From positions 1-64,000 of the IMG/VR virus record IMGVR_UViG_3300012662_000009: 64,000 nucleotides of DNA, one strand, 5' to 3'. Source of the DNA: a virus (lineage: Duplodnaviria > Caudoviricetes). Positions within the stretch are counted from its first letter, which is position 1. Each line of letters begins with the position of its first letter. The notes beneath the pieces were generated by a model. It saw nothing but the letters and a program-made list of their open reading frames with translations. It was not told the origin of the DNA and did no database searches. Position numbers and translations under genes: made by a program. Positions 1-11,096 of the stretch are shown here, one piece after another.

Positions 1-9
1 TTGGATATT

Positions 10-115
10 TAATTACTCTCATATTTGCTCTCTAACATAACAAAATAGGCTCAGATATAGATTTATATATCTGAGCCTATTAAAGTCTGTTAAATCGTCT
101 CTAAACGGGCTTAAA
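10..115. repeat. Dispersed ~105 bp intergenic element, copy 1 (16-6-16 palindrome at 44-81)
   Basis: AATAGGCTCAGATATA-GATTTA-TATATCTGAGCCTATT; flanks match 46848-46952 in inverted orientation. Confidence 0.9.
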
Positions 116-165
116 CAATATGTTTGTTAAATCACCTCTATATGTACTTAAAAGTATCCCTATAA

Positions 166-1047
166 TCAATCCAATTTAATACCTAATTTAGGAGTTCTCG
201 TAAAATCTACGCAAGTCACATTCTTAGCTTTCTTAGCAAGACCCATGATATCTGTATATCGAATGTTATTAATAGTATTATTATGAAGATCTAAGACATT
301 TTTAAGACCATTAATAATATGGGTATATTTTTCACCGTCACCTAAAAGAATACATCCTAAATTCTTAAGTGAAATAATTCGTCTAATGCCTCTAAATCTT
401 TCATCGTCAACATCAGTATATTCTCTTACATCGCTGGGGAGTACTTCTTTCCAAGACATTTCATTGTCTTTGAATATTTTATTATATACAGACCATGATT
501 TGTCTTTACGAAGTTGATTGGCGAGTTTTAATAAATGGGGTTCATTGAGTTCTTCATTAATACTTAAAGATTCTTCTACTTTCTTAAAAGTATCACTATT
601 CCATTTCTTACCACATTTATTAACGTAAGTATTACCCATTACATGTATAGGAGTTTCACCTGACACTTTAAGAGACGGGCAAGATACTAATGTTAAGTTT
701 TTGGTAATGAGGAATGAAAGTCCCTCAAGAGATTCTAATTTAGGACAATTACTGATATCTAATGAGCCTTCTATAGGTAATTCTTGACAGAAAAGACCCC
801 GGATATTTGTGAGATTGGGGCAGTTTTCTATAGATATATCTCCGCGGACCGTAGCAAATCTTATATAATCAGGAAAATGGGTTTCATTGGTCGATAGTAT
901 AATATGACCTCTGGTGAGTTTTATATGGCCACATTTGAGGTATAATAACTTAAAAGACCCTTTGGAATTTTTTTTAATCCATTTGTCTATATTTTCTTTG
1001 GTTTCTGGATTAAATTCTTCGTAAATGTATTTATTTATGTTTTCCAT
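166..1047 (-). CDS. LRR-like hypothetical protein with CTS-like leader (MENINKYIYEE)
   Basis: Repeats SIENCPNLTNIRGL / DISNCPKLESLEGL / TLVSCPSLK; FPDYIRF motif resembles the paralogue family. Confidence 0.6.
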   Translation of the reverse strand: MENINKYIYEEFNPETKENIDKWIKKNSKGSFKLLYLKCGHIKLTRGHIILSTNETHFPDYIRFATVRGDISIENCPNLTNIRGLFCQELPIEGSLDISNCPKLESLEGLSFLITKNLTLVSCPSLKVSGETPIHVMGNTYVNKCGKKWNSDTFKKVEESLSINEELNEPHLLKLANQLRKDKSWSVYNKIFKDNEMSWKEVLPSDVREYTDVDDERFRGIRRIISLKNLGCILLGDGEKYTHIINGLKNVLDLHNNTINNIRYTDIMGLAKKAKNVTCVDFTRTPKLGIKLD

Positions 1048-1052
1048 AATAA

Positions 1053-3260
1053 CTATTTTTTCACAAATATTGATTTATACTCAATAATATGTTCTTCTTG
1101 AGAATTAGTTAAGGAGTATTGAAATTTAACATCATAATAACCTTTCGTTAAGGGTTTGTTTTTAGATGCTATAATAGGAGTTGTTATATGTTCATTGTAT
1201 ATAAAATTTTCACCAGTGGTCTGATTATGAAATGTCCAAGTAGCACTTTTTAAGTACCTGCTCCAATCAAAATTTACAGTGCTATCATCTTTAGATCTTA
1301 TTGTAGGTCTTATATATATAGCTTGATTGTCTATAATATAATTATCAATATCATCATTTGTAATCGATGTAAATATGGGGCTAATATTATGATATTGAGG
1401 GATGAACTCTAAGGAATTTTTTAGAATTTTATAATTACCCTTAGTATCTTTATATAAGTCATTTGTAAATTTCTTCGAAACAAATATTGAAACAATATCA
1501 GTTTCTCTTGTACAACTATAGGCAAACCAATATTCTTCCAAGGAACTAATTTCTTTATCAGAAGATATTGCTACTACATTATTAAGACCTATTCCAGAAA
1601 GTTTAGTCATATCTCCTATAGGTATATATTGAACATATGTATTAAGATTATCAGAAGTGCTAAGAGTATTTTCAAAGACATGTTTAAGATTTGTAGGTCT
1701 TATTAAATAATTTCTTTTTGACAATAAAGAAGGGCTAAAAATCTTTTCTACAACATAAAAATCTAAGGTAATGTTAGATATGTCATATACAGTGAAATCT
1801 ATAGACTTCTCAAAATTCTTTCCTGATGCTGCTTCAAAACGTAATTTAAGTGTATAATTACCAGCATCTTTAAGAAGGATGTTAAAGTTTATTTCACATT
1901 TACCTTTTATACTATTGAATATTTTATAATCTTCTATAGATATCCATTCCTTAGATTTTTTTATAAAGAGCTTTTCATGCTTAACAATATCATCTTTCTC
2001 TATGGGTATAATACATTTTATAGGTATTATAACACCAGGACCATTATAATTATGCGAATATAATAAAGGAAGTTCCCCCTCTGTTATTTGTTTAACATCA
2101 CTCAAAGGCTTAACACCGATTATTATAGAGTCTTTATAAGAACTTGGAATGCCACCGGAGAAAAGTGTGTTTTTATCAGCTCCTGTAGAAACATTGGATA
2201 ATATAATATCTTTATTGTTGTTTATAACACATTCAAATGATTTGCAGTCAAGAAACATATCATAACGACTTAAAGATCCCCAAGGAATATTCTTAATAGT
2301 ATTTGTAAAGACTTTATTTTCAAGAGTCATATGAAGTAAATCAAGATGTATGGGCATAAAATATGTTTGATAAAAATTACCTAATAAACACATTTTAAGA
2401 GCCATATCATTTCTTGCCCATTTATATACTATATCTTCCAATGTTGGATTCTTTTCGAGATCATAAGAATTTTCTACGGGACTCTGCAGAGCACAATATA
2501 ATGATATATAAGTAGTCTTAGCAAAAGATGTTAGGGCGTCTTTATATTTTTCTTCTAATATTGAATTAAGAGATCTATCTTCATAGGTTTTTTTACCAAA
2601 ATCTTCATGTTTCCATATCTCTCTGATTTTTAAGACATCTCCCCATTCAAACCATTTGAGACAGTTTAATAAAGATTTATAGGATCCTTTATTAGCTATC
2701 ATATCCCAGTAATTAGACATGAGTTCTTTGAATTTTCTATTAAGTGTTATATTATCTTTCTTTTCTTCATGTACATTAACGTCATATATAGCTTTTTGAA
2801 TAGACTCAGGAATTTCTACTCCCATGTTTGAAGCATTTATATATAAGGGTTCGTTCTCAGTATATAAATCAATACCTATATTAAATTCTTCGTTATCTAT
2901 ATAAAAACTTTCTATATACTCAGCAGCTGTTAATGAAGATGCTGAGAAGTATGTTATATATACATAAAAGTTACTATAAGGTGTTCCTTTAAGTTTTATG
3001 GTAGACTTTTTAAGGTTTGTTAAATCTGTATAATTAATTTCATTGATATTCTCGACATCATTTATTTTCGTCATGTCGAGTACCGAAAAAATATCGCTAT
3101 CTATAGATATAATAACACTCTCTTTGTCTGATAAAAATCCTATAGGTTGAGTATATATAAGATTAGTGGAACATTGACCCTCAAACCAATGAATAAAGGG
3201 TTTAGATCCATCATATACATTGCCTAATTGTAAATTTATAAACTTAATCATATTATTCAA
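1053..3260 (-). CDS. Putative baseplate/structural protein
   Basis: 735 aa ORF overlapping and downstream of the gp6-like gene; KGSYKSL...WFEW segment resembles wedge/tail proteins. Confidence 0.5.
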   Translation of the reverse strand: MNNMIKFINLQLGNVYDGSKPFIHWFEGQCSTNLIYTQPIGFLSDKESVIISIDSDIFSVLDMTKINDVENINEINYTDLTNLKKSTIKLKGTPYSNFYVYITYFSASSLTAAEYIESFYIDNEEFNIGIDLYTENEPLYINASNMGVEIPESIQKAIYDVNVHEEKKDNITLNRKFKELMSNYWDMIANKGSYKSLLNCLKWFEWGDVLKIREIWKHEDFGKKTYEDRSLNSILEEKYKDALTSFAKTTYISLYCALQSPVENSYDLEKNPTLEDIVYKWARNDMALKMCLLGNFYQTYFMPIHLDLLHMTLENKVFTNTIKNIPWGSLSRYDMFLDCKSFECVINNNKDIILSNVSTGADKNTLFSGGIPSSYKDSIIIGVKPLSDVKQITEGELPLLYSHNYNGPGVIIPIKCIIPIEKDDIVKHEKLFIKKSKEWISIEDYKIFNSIKGKCEINFNILLKDAGNYTLKLRFEAASGKNFEKSIDFTVYDISNITLDFYVVEKIFSPSLLSKRNYLIRPTNLKHVFENTLSTSDNLNTYVQYIPIGDMTKLSGIGLNNVVAISSDKEISSLEEYWFAYSCTRETDIVSIFVSKKFTNDLYKDTKGNYKILKNSLEFIPQYHNISPIFTSITNDDIDNYIIDNQAIYIRPTIRSKDDSTVNFDWSRYLKSATWTFHNQTTGENFIYNEHITTPIIASKNKPLTKGYYDVKFQYSLTNSQEEHIIEYKSIFVKK

Positions 3261-4929
3261 AAACTATTATTAAAGGATCTATAATTTTTACTTCCTGGCC
3301 TTCTTTATTAAGATAATCCCATCCACCCATGAGCACAGGAAATTGTTCATCACTTTCTAAGTATATATTACCATGATCATCCAGACCCAAATTGGGATTC
3401 TCACCATCATATAAATATATATGTTCAGTTTTCTTGTCAAATGTATTAGTAGAAGGATTATATGTCTGAGTTACTTTAGTATATTCTTTCGTTTGTAGGG
3501 CGGTTTCATTTTTTTCTGATAAGAAATACACATTGACACCATCAACCGAGCTTACTTCATTCTTTATAAGATTTATAATATCCGATTTAGGTATATAAAT
3601 ATCAGACTGAACATCCGAAAAGAAATTCGCTATACTATTACGAATTTGTTGATTAATATATTCGCGATCTGCAGAGGTTTTCTTAAGTTTTATATAAACA
3701 TACATAGCATACTTACAAATTTCTGGGTCAATGATATTATAAGTTACCCCGGCCATTTGCGTACCATTTTTGTTAACAGCGTTTATAAGGGATTCTTTTT
3801 GGACATCAGTAAGTTTATAATCATTCTCAGTCATACTAAAATAATCTTTACCAGAGTCTAATAATAGTTTGTAATTACGTATTATCAAAGAGTTTATTAT
3901 GAGTGATCCTGGCTCTGACCAAGTTCTGTTATAACCACAGAAAGAAAATTTACTAAGGAAGTTTTTATAATTATCTGAGGAAGACATTACAAGACTACGA
4001 GAATTTAAGCCGATCATATTACGGACTTGCACTGTTGTCTCACTATTTGAACCCGATGTAACGGCATCATTAGTGGCAAAAGTTACATTAAAGATATTAT
4101 TGCCATTTACAGTCGTTCCTGATATATCTATTAAATTGTTATTAAATACAAAATAAGTATCTTTAGAAACATCAAGATTACCATGTTCACCATCATGAAC
4201 CAAATAAGTAATTTTTATAACATCTCCTTCATTTAATGCCCTGCCATGAACATTATTACCAAATATTATATCTACTCCAGAAACATAATTGACCTTAAAA
4301 GTATATTGTGTTCCATCTGGATCCATATCATAAACACTCGCTACTTGATCATATAAAACATCATTAACGCGGACTTCTAAATAATCTGTATCGAGATTTC
4401 CTTGATACTTAAAATTCTGTGTATAATATCTTCCACCATCAGCAATAAAAGTCTGAGATTCAAATTGACCTTGAACTGCATATATATAACGAGTACTATT
4501 GTCTTTTTCTATAGACATTACAATGGCTTCCTGAGGTAATATAATATTATATTGAAGACCGTTTTGAGTACATATAAGTTGTTCCTTATTATTTATTACT
4601 ACATTAAGGTCTTGCGTATTAGATGGAGTGAAATTAATTTTTAATTGTACTCCAGTGGCCTTACCCAGACTGGGATGATATCCTGAAAGGGCTGCTAAGC
4701 CATATATAGATTTTTTTCTCTGTGCGGTATACTTATTTTGTTCTGTAAAGGCATCTTCTATATACAACATTATATTCTGGACAGTGGCGCTTAAAACATT
4801 TATAATCTGCCCAAAAATCGTTGAATTACCATACGATTCATCATAATTTGATAATGTATTAGAAAGGTAATTCTTAACAGATTGTATAAAGTTTGTATAT
4901 TGAGTGTCTAATAAACTAAATATTTTCAT
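3253..4929 (-). CDS. Baseplate wedge subunit (T4 gp6-like)
   Basis: TAQRKKSIYGLAALSGY, IIFGNNVHG, YLVHDGEHGN and SETTVQVR motifs; follows the gp25-like gene. Confidence 0.8.
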   Translation of the reverse strand: MKIFSLLDTQYTNFIQSVKNYLSNTLSNYDESYGNSTIFGQIINVLSATVQNIMLYIEDAFTEQNKYTAQRKKSIYGLAALSGYHPSLGKATGVQLKINFTPSNTQDLNVVINNKEQLICTQNGLQYNIILPQEAIVMSIEKDNSTRYIYAVQGQFESQTFIADGGRYYTQNFKYQGNLDTDYLEVRVNDVLYDQVASVYDMDPDGTQYTFKVNYVSGVDIIFGNNVHGRALNEGDVIKITYLVHDGEHGNLDVSKDTYFVFNNNLIDISGTTVNGNNIFNVTFATNDAVTSGSNSETTVQVRNMIGLNSRSLVMSSSDNYKNFLSKFSFCGYNRTWSEPGSLIINSLIIRNYKLLLDSGKDYFSMTENDYKLTDVQKESLINAVNKNGTQMAGVTYNIIDPEICKYAMYVYIKLKKTSADREYINQQIRNSIANFFSDVQSDIYIPKSDIINLIKNEVSSVDGVNVYFLSEKNETALQTKEYTKVTQTYNPSTNTFDKKTEHIYLYDGENPNLGLDDHGNIYLESDEQFPVLMGGWDYLNKEGQEVKIIDPLIIVFE

Positions 4930-5264
4930 GATATTTTATAAGTTTTATTATAAGTCTCGTCATCGCGAGATAAATGTATATCTATAAGAGCTATATCATC
5001 TTCGGTACCCTGGAGCAAATATACGTCTACAGTTGGCATATATCCAAACAATTGAATATTACCCAGATCTGATAAAACTTCTTGTTTAAGGGCTTCGTTA
5101 GAAATTTTCAGCTGGTGCAAATAACGATCATAAGTAGTACCATATTCTTCCTCTCCAAAGACTTCTGTTGGAGTAGTATCAAATAAGATATCTATTTGCT
5201 GTAATATCAAATCTATATCTGATTTACATGATGCAGATCCTCTTTTAAGACTAAAATCTACCAT
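4926..5264 (-). CDS. Baseplate gp25-like protein
   Basis: 112 aa; ILFDTTPTEVFGEEEYG motif; directly upstream of the gp6-like gene. Confidence 0.7.
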   Translation of the reverse strand: MVDFSLKRGSASCKSDIDLILQQIDILFDTTPTEVFGEEEYGTTYDRYLHQLKISNEALKQEVLSDLGNIQLFGYMPTVDVYLLQGTEDDIALIDIHLSRDDETYNKTYKIS

Positions 5265-5266
5265 AA

Positions 5267-7099
5267 TTATGCTTCATATCTATAATTTCCATTAGTGATT
5301 AATTCACCATCTTCATTAAGTATATAATATACACCCGAAGTAGAGTTCCCCGGGAGTTTATTGCCTATGATCTTAAATATAACACCTGCCGAAGTGCGAC
5401 CTATTTCTGTAAAGGGAGTGTTTTCTATTTGTATTATAAAGGTCTTAACTTTTGACTTAAAAGAATCTAAGTTTATACAAATATTTTCTGTAACTGCATT
5501 ATGTACAATTATATTAGACACGTCACGTGCCTTAAAGAATATAGGTTGTATTATATTAGCCTTGGAATCACTCGGATTATCCAATTGATAAATTTTATTA
5601 ATAGTTTTATTAACAGCGTTAATAGTATATAGATTCATATCAACATTATCTAAATTTACATAATAAATATTTTTATCATCATCTTCTGTAATATTATTAG
5701 GGTCTCTATTAATAAAATATCCCAGAAGTTCTTGTGTAAGAGGTAATATATTTGATCTGATATATATAAAATCTTTATAAGAATCTCCTTCCTTAAACTG
5801 CAAAGTGGCTATACATTGCATATAAAGACTATTATCGGGGGATTTTTTATAATATTCTTCTATCCAGGGCCAATTGATAAGATTTTCCTGTGAAGGATTG
5901 TTTATACCGGTATCATAAAATGTATAATGGTCTGAAAAGACCCTTTCTAATTTCGTTGTATAAATATTATCATTATCCCTCACAACAAGATTATATTCTA
6001 TATATAAATCTTGATTTATATTATATGTCTCTTCAAAATATTCTTGTAGGCCCTTATAAGTATTATTATAATATATCTTACAATTTATAGAAGGAACCCA
6101 TGTACCAGGTATTAATATCTCTCCTATATCACCACCTTCACCTTCAAGATAATCTTCTATAATAGATTTTATAAAAGTCTCAGGGATATCTTCGCATCCA
6201 CATGTATCGCAAGGTTCTTCATCATAACTTACATCATTCCCTCGCCATATATTATAAGTCTTATTAGAACCCAGCGGGATACAATTACATTTTTCTTCCT
6301 CAGCATTATTCTTTTTAATGCTACTTGGATTGTCAGGATTTTTAATACCCCATAAATTTTCTATATAAGAATTTTTCAAGGGCTGACAAAATTGCCTTCC
6401 GGTGGATATATTAGGATATATAGTCAATCTCAGGTAATCATCTGCTGAATTTGATATATTAATAGAATTTTGACCACCCTGATAACTATCTTTCATGACA
6501 TATCCATTCTCTTCACCATTTTCTATAGGATATAAAGAGAAATATAATAATGCCTCTGTAATATTTAATGCATCACTTTCATGACATATATTAGATCTAA
6601 AAGACTTCCATGAGTCATCATATAAAATCTTCCAGGGGTCTAATATAGGGATTTCTATATATTCATAATATTCATTACCGCCTTTTCTAATGACCTCAGG
6701 AGAAGCTATAGCGTCTATTCGGCTTAATATAAAAGATCCTAAAACAATCCTAAAACCGTTCACCCATGTATTTATGGTCAAAGCATATTTAATATTATTA
6801 GCATAAACTTCAGGGGCGAAATGTGGGAAGTATAATTTTAATGTCTTAGTATACAATTCATTAGGGATACATATGTTAGAATATTCAGCAGACATTTCAT
6901 CTATCCACACATTGCCTATTTTAATAACTTTTGAAGAATCATTAATAAAATTTATACAGACCTCGTTAGATTTAGGGATATATGTCGTAGTATATTCATA
7001 TGATTGGTCTAAGGACAATAAGCTCTCACCAGGATATTCTATAAGATACTGGTAAAAATTATCGTCATCCGTAATATTTATGTTAGTATACCTATTCAT
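5267..7099 (-). CDS. Hypothetical (probably virion) protein
   Basis: 610 aa ORF heading the baseplate operon; TTATTATA upstream. Confidence 0.5.
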   Translation of the reverse strand: MNRYTNINITDDDNFYQYLIEYPGESLLSLDQSYEYTTTYIPKSNEVCINFINDSSKVIKIGNVWIDEMSAEYSNICIPNELYTKTLKLYFPHFAPEVYANNIKYALTINTWVNGFRIVLGSFILSRIDAIASPEVIRKGGNEYYEYIEIPILDPWKILYDDSWKSFRSNICHESDALNITEALLYFSLYPIENGEENGYVMKDSYQGGQNSINISNSADDYLRLTIYPNISTGRQFCQPLKNSYIENLWGIKNPDNPSSIKKNNAEEEKCNCIPLGSNKTYNIWRGNDVSYDEEPCDTCGCEDIPETFIKSIIEDYLEGEGGDIGEILIPGTWVPSINCKIYYNNTYKGLQEYFEETYNINQDLYIEYNLVVRDNDNIYTTKLERVFSDHYTFYDTGINNPSQENLINWPWIEEYYKKSPDNSLYMQCIATLQFKEGDSYKDFIYIRSNILPLTQELLGYFINRDPNNITEDDDKNIYYVNLDNVDMNLYTINAVNKTINKIYQLDNPSDSKANIIQPIFFKARDVSNIIVHNAVTENICINLDSFKSKVKTFIIQIENTPFTEIGRTSAGVIFKIIGNKLPGNSTSGVYYILNEDGELITNGNYRYEA

Positions 7100-7194
7100 A
7101 TGAATATATAATAATTCTTAAAACATCTCTTGTATATTAAAAATCCCAAGGTCTTAAATATTTTCTATTGAGTTAACATCAATATTTTTAATGT

Positions 7195-9912
7195 ATGATA
7201 TTGGACTATAATTATAACAAATATAAGAGAAATCTTAGCATTTCTTATATAAAAGAAAATGGTGCTAAGGGAGTTCTTAATTTCAACGTAAATAAATTCA
7301 AGAGTTATTATTCAACACCCAGCGGTCATTATGAGAATTGGGATGGATCTAAATGTGATATTAAATGGGTAGATAATCCCTCACAATTCGATATCCGGGC
7401 TTTTATGCTGGAATTGGATAGTAAATATCAAGATCTTATAAATGCTAAGTATATACCTAAATTGTATACTTTTGATATCGAAACTGAGATCTCAGATGAA
7501 TTTCCTGAGCCTTCTGAAGCAAAATTTCCTATAACAACTATATCAATTGCTAATGAAAATTGTGATGTAATTATTTTAGGTACTAAGGAAATGACCGATG
7601 AAGGATATCTTAAGGATTCTTTTAATAAATATATGGATTCATGTCAGTTCTTCAAAGATCTTAATATGAGAACTCCTAAGATTCAGTATATATATTTCGA
7701 GAAGGAAGAAGAAATGCTTAAATATTTCCTTCAGAACATCGTGGCAAAAGTTCCTGTCTTAGCTGGTTGGAACTCTATAATGTTTGACTGGCAGTATATA
7801 CAAAATCGTATAAGGGGTTATTATCCAGATCTTTCATTGAATAGTGCATCAATGTCTTGGACGCTCATGCCTAAGAATTATACTGATATGAGAGGTGAAA
7901 AAGTCCGATTGATGATGCCTTCGCATACCCTTATACTTGATATGATGGATGTTATAGGAAATTTTGACATGGTTGTGATGCCCGTAAAAGAGTCGCTATC
8001 ACTCGATTATATAGCATCGGAAAGTGTTGGGATGAATAAAATTAAGTATGATGGAGATCTTCAGAAGTTATTTAATGAAGATTATCCTAAGTATGTTTTT
8101 TATAATGCTATTGACTCTGTCTTGGTGCAGCTTATAGATAAGAAATTCAAAACACTTTCTAATATATATTCTCAGTCACTTATTTGCAAGGAAAGAATAG
8201 GATCATGTTTTTCAAAAATTGCTCTGGCTGAGGCGATGTTCTTTAATTATTTTTATGAGGAAGGTATTAAAGTAGTTCCTGAAGAAATTCATGGGAGAGA
8301 ACGTGGGACTTTGATAGGTGCTTATGTGAGGGAGCCATCTCCAGGAAAGAGGAATTGGGTATGCTGCAATGATTTCGCGTCACTTTATCCTTCCACTATT
8401 ATTACCTGTAATATTTCTATAGAAAATTATTTAGGTAATATAAATGATCATAATGAGCAAGAAGCGGAGCATTTTAAGAATGATAAAAACTACTTTGTCT
8501 CAGTTAATGGATCCATATATAAGAATGATAAAGATTATGCTTTCAAAAAGATTCAATTACGACTTAAAAATGAAAGAAATAAATCTAAGTATGTAGCAAA
8601 ACTTCTCAAAGCCAACGTAATTGCGGATTTAGATCACATAATGTCAGGAGGACATCCTAAAGAAGAAACTTACAACGCAGATGAAATAGAAAAGCTTAAG
8701 GAGATTGGTTATAACGTTACTTGCACAAAAGATATATATAAGATAGAAGATAAGAATGAATTTAAGAAAAAATTAAATTCAGAAATAATATATCTAACAT
8801 CTTATGAACAAGCCAATAAACTCGTAATGAACTCTCTATATGGAGGATCATCACATGTAGCTTTTTTCTGGTACTTAATGCCTCTTGCCAATGATATTAC
8901 GGGTGAGGGTAGGAATCTTATACATCTTATGGAGAAACATATCCCAGAATATGTAGATAATAATTGGAAAAATATGATCGAAGTTCACAAAGAACTTGAC
9001 ATTCAATTAGATCCCAATACTTCTTGTAAGAATCTTTTAATACCTGTAGCTGGGGATACGGATAGTTTATATATTTCCTATGAAAATCTCATCAAGACTA
9101 TTAAAGATCATGATAAAATGTCATTAGAAAGACTTAGAGATATTATAGTAAGATTTAATACTGGATATCTTGACAAACATAATAGAGAATTTATGGAAAA
9201 CTATTATAAATCCAGACATGTTCATTCAACTCATGATTTTGAACTTGAAACAGTAGCTTATTCTGATGTTCGATTAGATGTTAAAAAGAGATATGCACAA
9301 CTTCTTATATGGAAAGATGGTTATTGTCCCGATGTAGATAAACTTATATATAAGGCCAAAGGACTTGAAACAACCAAATCAAGTTATCCTAAACAAGCCC
9401 GTGAATCCCTCAAAAGACTTATAATATATCTTTTGGAACATAATGACCAGTATCTATTACAGCAATTGAATATAGAAGTCCAGAAAGAAAAGAAAAAATG
9501 GATGGAAGCACCACTGGAGGATATATGTGAAAATAAAGGAGTTCAAAATTATACTAAATACATCCTCAATGATAATAACAAGTGGGGTGTACAAGTAGCT
9601 CCTAAATGCCCTTATAACGTCCGCGCATTGGGTACTTATAATAACATTAGAAATATCAACAATCTCCCAGGAGATCCTTTATATGGTGGTAAACTAAAGA
9701 TTTATCAGATCAAGAATAACAATCATAAAGCTGAAGAACAATTCTTTGCATTTCAATCAAGGAATTATCCAAAATGGGCGGAACAATATGCGCCCATAGA
9801 CAAAGAAGTAATGTTCCAGAAGTTTTTATTAGATCCCTTTAACAGAATTTTAAATGCCATTGGATATAACAAATTGAATTCCGATGGATATATTCAGATG
9901 AGTTTGTTTTAA
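7195..9912 (+). CDS. Family B DNA polymerase (gp43-like)
   Basis: ExoI FDIET, GWNSIMFD, YNAID; polymerase motifs DFASLYPS, KLVMNSLYG, GDTDS, KKRY. Confidence 0.97.
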   Translation: MILDYNYNKYKRNLSISYIKENGAKGVLNFNVNKFKSYYSTPSGHYENWDGSKCDIKWVDNPSQFDIRAFMLELDSKYQDLINAKYIPKLYTFDIETEISDEFPEPSEAKFPITTISIANENCDVIILGTKEMTDEGYLKDSFNKYMDSCQFFKDLNMRTPKIQYIYFEKEEEMLKYFLQNIVAKVPVLAGWNSIMFDWQYIQNRIRGYYPDLSLNSASMSWTLMPKNYTDMRGEKVRLMMPSHTLILDMMDVIGNFDMVVMPVKESLSLDYIASESVGMNKIKYDGDLQKLFNEDYPKYVFYNAIDSVLVQLIDKKFKTLSNIYSQSLICKERIGSCFSKIALAEAMFFNYFYEEGIKVVPEEIHGRERGTLIGAYVREPSPGKRNWVCCNDFASLYPSTIITCNISIENYLGNINDHNEQEAEHFKNDKNYFVSVNGSIYKNDKDYAFKKIQLRLKNERNKSKYVAKLLKANVIADLDHIMSGGHPKEETYNADEIEKLKEIGYNVTCTKDIYKIEDKNEFKKKLNSEIIYLTSYEQANKLVMNSLYGGSSHVAFFWYLMPLANDITGEGRNLIHLMEKHIPEYVDNNWKNMIEVHKELDIQLDPNTSCKNLLIPVAGDTDSLYISYENLIKTIKDHDKMSLERLRDIIVRFNTGYLDKHNREFMENYYKSRHVHSTHDFELETVAYSDVRLDVKKRYAQLLIWKDGYCPDVDKLIYKAKGLETTKSSYPKQARESLKRLIIYLLEHNDQYLLQQLNIEVQKEKKKWMEAPLEDICENKGVQNYTKYILNDNNKWGVQVAPKCPYNVRALGTYNNIRNINNLPGDPLYGGKLKIYQIKNNNHKAEEQFFAFQSRNYPKWAEQYAPIDKEVMFQKFLLDPFNRILNAIGYNKLNSDGYIQMSLF

Positions 9913-9957
9913 ATTTTTTAATAACCTTTAATATATAAATATAAACGATAAATAATT

Positions 9958-10431
9958 ATGCAATTAACAGGCAAAGAAATATTAGAAAGGGGTATTATAA
10001 CAGGATCTTGCAAAGAGGCCCTTCAACAACAAGGTATAGATCTCCGTATTAAAGACATAAAACTTGTAACTGGAATCGGGCATATTCCTTCTGTGGGTAA
10101 AACACATCTACCTTTTTATGATCATTACGAACTCGGATATATCGAACCTGGTTATTATGAAGTAATCTTTGAAGAAGGTTGTAAGATCCCCAGTAACTGT
10201 TCTTTGCATCTTAAGACAAGATCTTCACTTGTACGATGTGGTGCTATAATACACTCAGGACAATTCGATGCAGGATTTGAGACGGATTCCATGGGTGCTT
10301 TTATGCACGTTATAAGACCTATAAAAATCGAAAAAGGTGCTCGAGTAGCACAGGCTATAGTCTTTCAGAGCTCTGATGTGGAAAATCTTTACGATGGTCA
10401 ATGGCAAAATGATAAACAAAGAGCTTCATAA
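9958..10431 (+). CDS. dut: Trimeric dUTPase / dCTP deaminase family
   Basis: GIDLR, RSSLVRCG, FDAGF, RVAQ and YDGQWQ motifs. Confidence 0.85.
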   Translation: MQLTGKEILERGIITGSCKEALQQQGIDLRIKDIKLVTGIGHIPSVGKTHLPFYDHYELGYIEPGYYEVIFEEGCKIPSNCSLHLKTRSSLVRCGAIIHSGQFDAGFETDSMGAFMHVIRPIKIEKGARVAQAIVFQSSDVENLYDGQWQNDKQRAS

Positions 10432-10852
10432 GGTTATTATTAAACATATGTCATTATTTGATGATGAAAATACTATTATGAAAAACGCTGAGAAATTAGA
10501 TAAGTTCTTAGCAGCTCGGATATGGCTGGAAGAACACTGTGGTAAGTACGTGATATATAATGAAGAAGATAATGATGATTTATATAAAGAATATAATGCT
10601 CCCTCTAACGAAACTTATCCAGTGACTTATGTAGTCAAAAGAAGAACTGACGAGAACCCTATATATTATCCCGATACTCAATTCTTTACAAGAGTTGAAT
10701 TAGATTGGAAGGGCTTTAAAGTTGTATTAAACCCAAAAAGCCCTTCTCATAAACTTTTTGTAAGAGAACTCCATGACAAAACTCCCGATTTTATCGATTT
10801 TAGTTTAGTAAATATTTTTAGTGTTGATAAATACAAAGTAAGACATGAATGA
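10409..10852 (+). CDS. Hypothetical protein (start probably 10409 or 10448)
   Basis: In-frame ATGs after the ORF-track start; contains SLFDDENTIM, resembling the SLFDSEDDLL family motif. Confidence 0.55.
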   Translation: MINKELHKVIIKHMSLFDDENTIMKNAEKLDKFLAARIWLEEHCGKYVIYNEEDNDDLYKEYNAPSNETYPVTYVVKRRTDENPIYYPDTQFFTRVELDWKGFKVVLNPKSPSHKLFVRELHDKTPDFIDFSLVNIFSVDKYKVRHE

Positions 10853-11054
10853 GACTTTTAAGGACTATATAGGAAAATCCTTAAAAGATCATAAAATGAG
10901 ATTCAAATGCGATTGCTTAGTTCCTTTTGATGTGGTTGGTACTATAAAAGATTATGAAATAATTTCAGGAGAAATAATTTTTATAGTAGATGTCAATGGA
11001 AAAATTATTAAGATAGGAGAGAATCATCCTAATTTATATGTACAAAAAAAATAA
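10845..11054 (+). CDS. Small hypothetical protein
   Basis: Overlaps the previous stop; followed by a terminator. Confidence 0.6.
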   Translation: MNETFKDYIGKSLKDHKMRFKCDCLVPFDVVGTIKDYEIISGEIIFIVDVNGKIIKIGENHPNLYVQKK

Positions 11055-11076
11055 GACCTTTAAAGGTCTTATTTTT
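11047..11076. terminator. Bidirectional intrinsic terminator
   Basis: Perfect palindrome AAAAATAAGACCTTTAAAGGTCTTATTTTT between convergent genes. Confidence 0.8.
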
Positions 11077-11096
11077 ATATATTTGAAAATTCGGGA

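Noticed and set aside
10-160. CRISPR array interpretation of the palindromic and tandem repeats
   Set aside because: Copies are dispersed singly over tens of kb, with no regular repeat-spacer periodicity and no cas genes.
7195-9912. Intein or intron in the DNA polymerase
   Set aside because: Continuous ORF of normal size; the ~70-aa insert in the fingers region lacks intein C/S...HN termini and endonuclease motifs.
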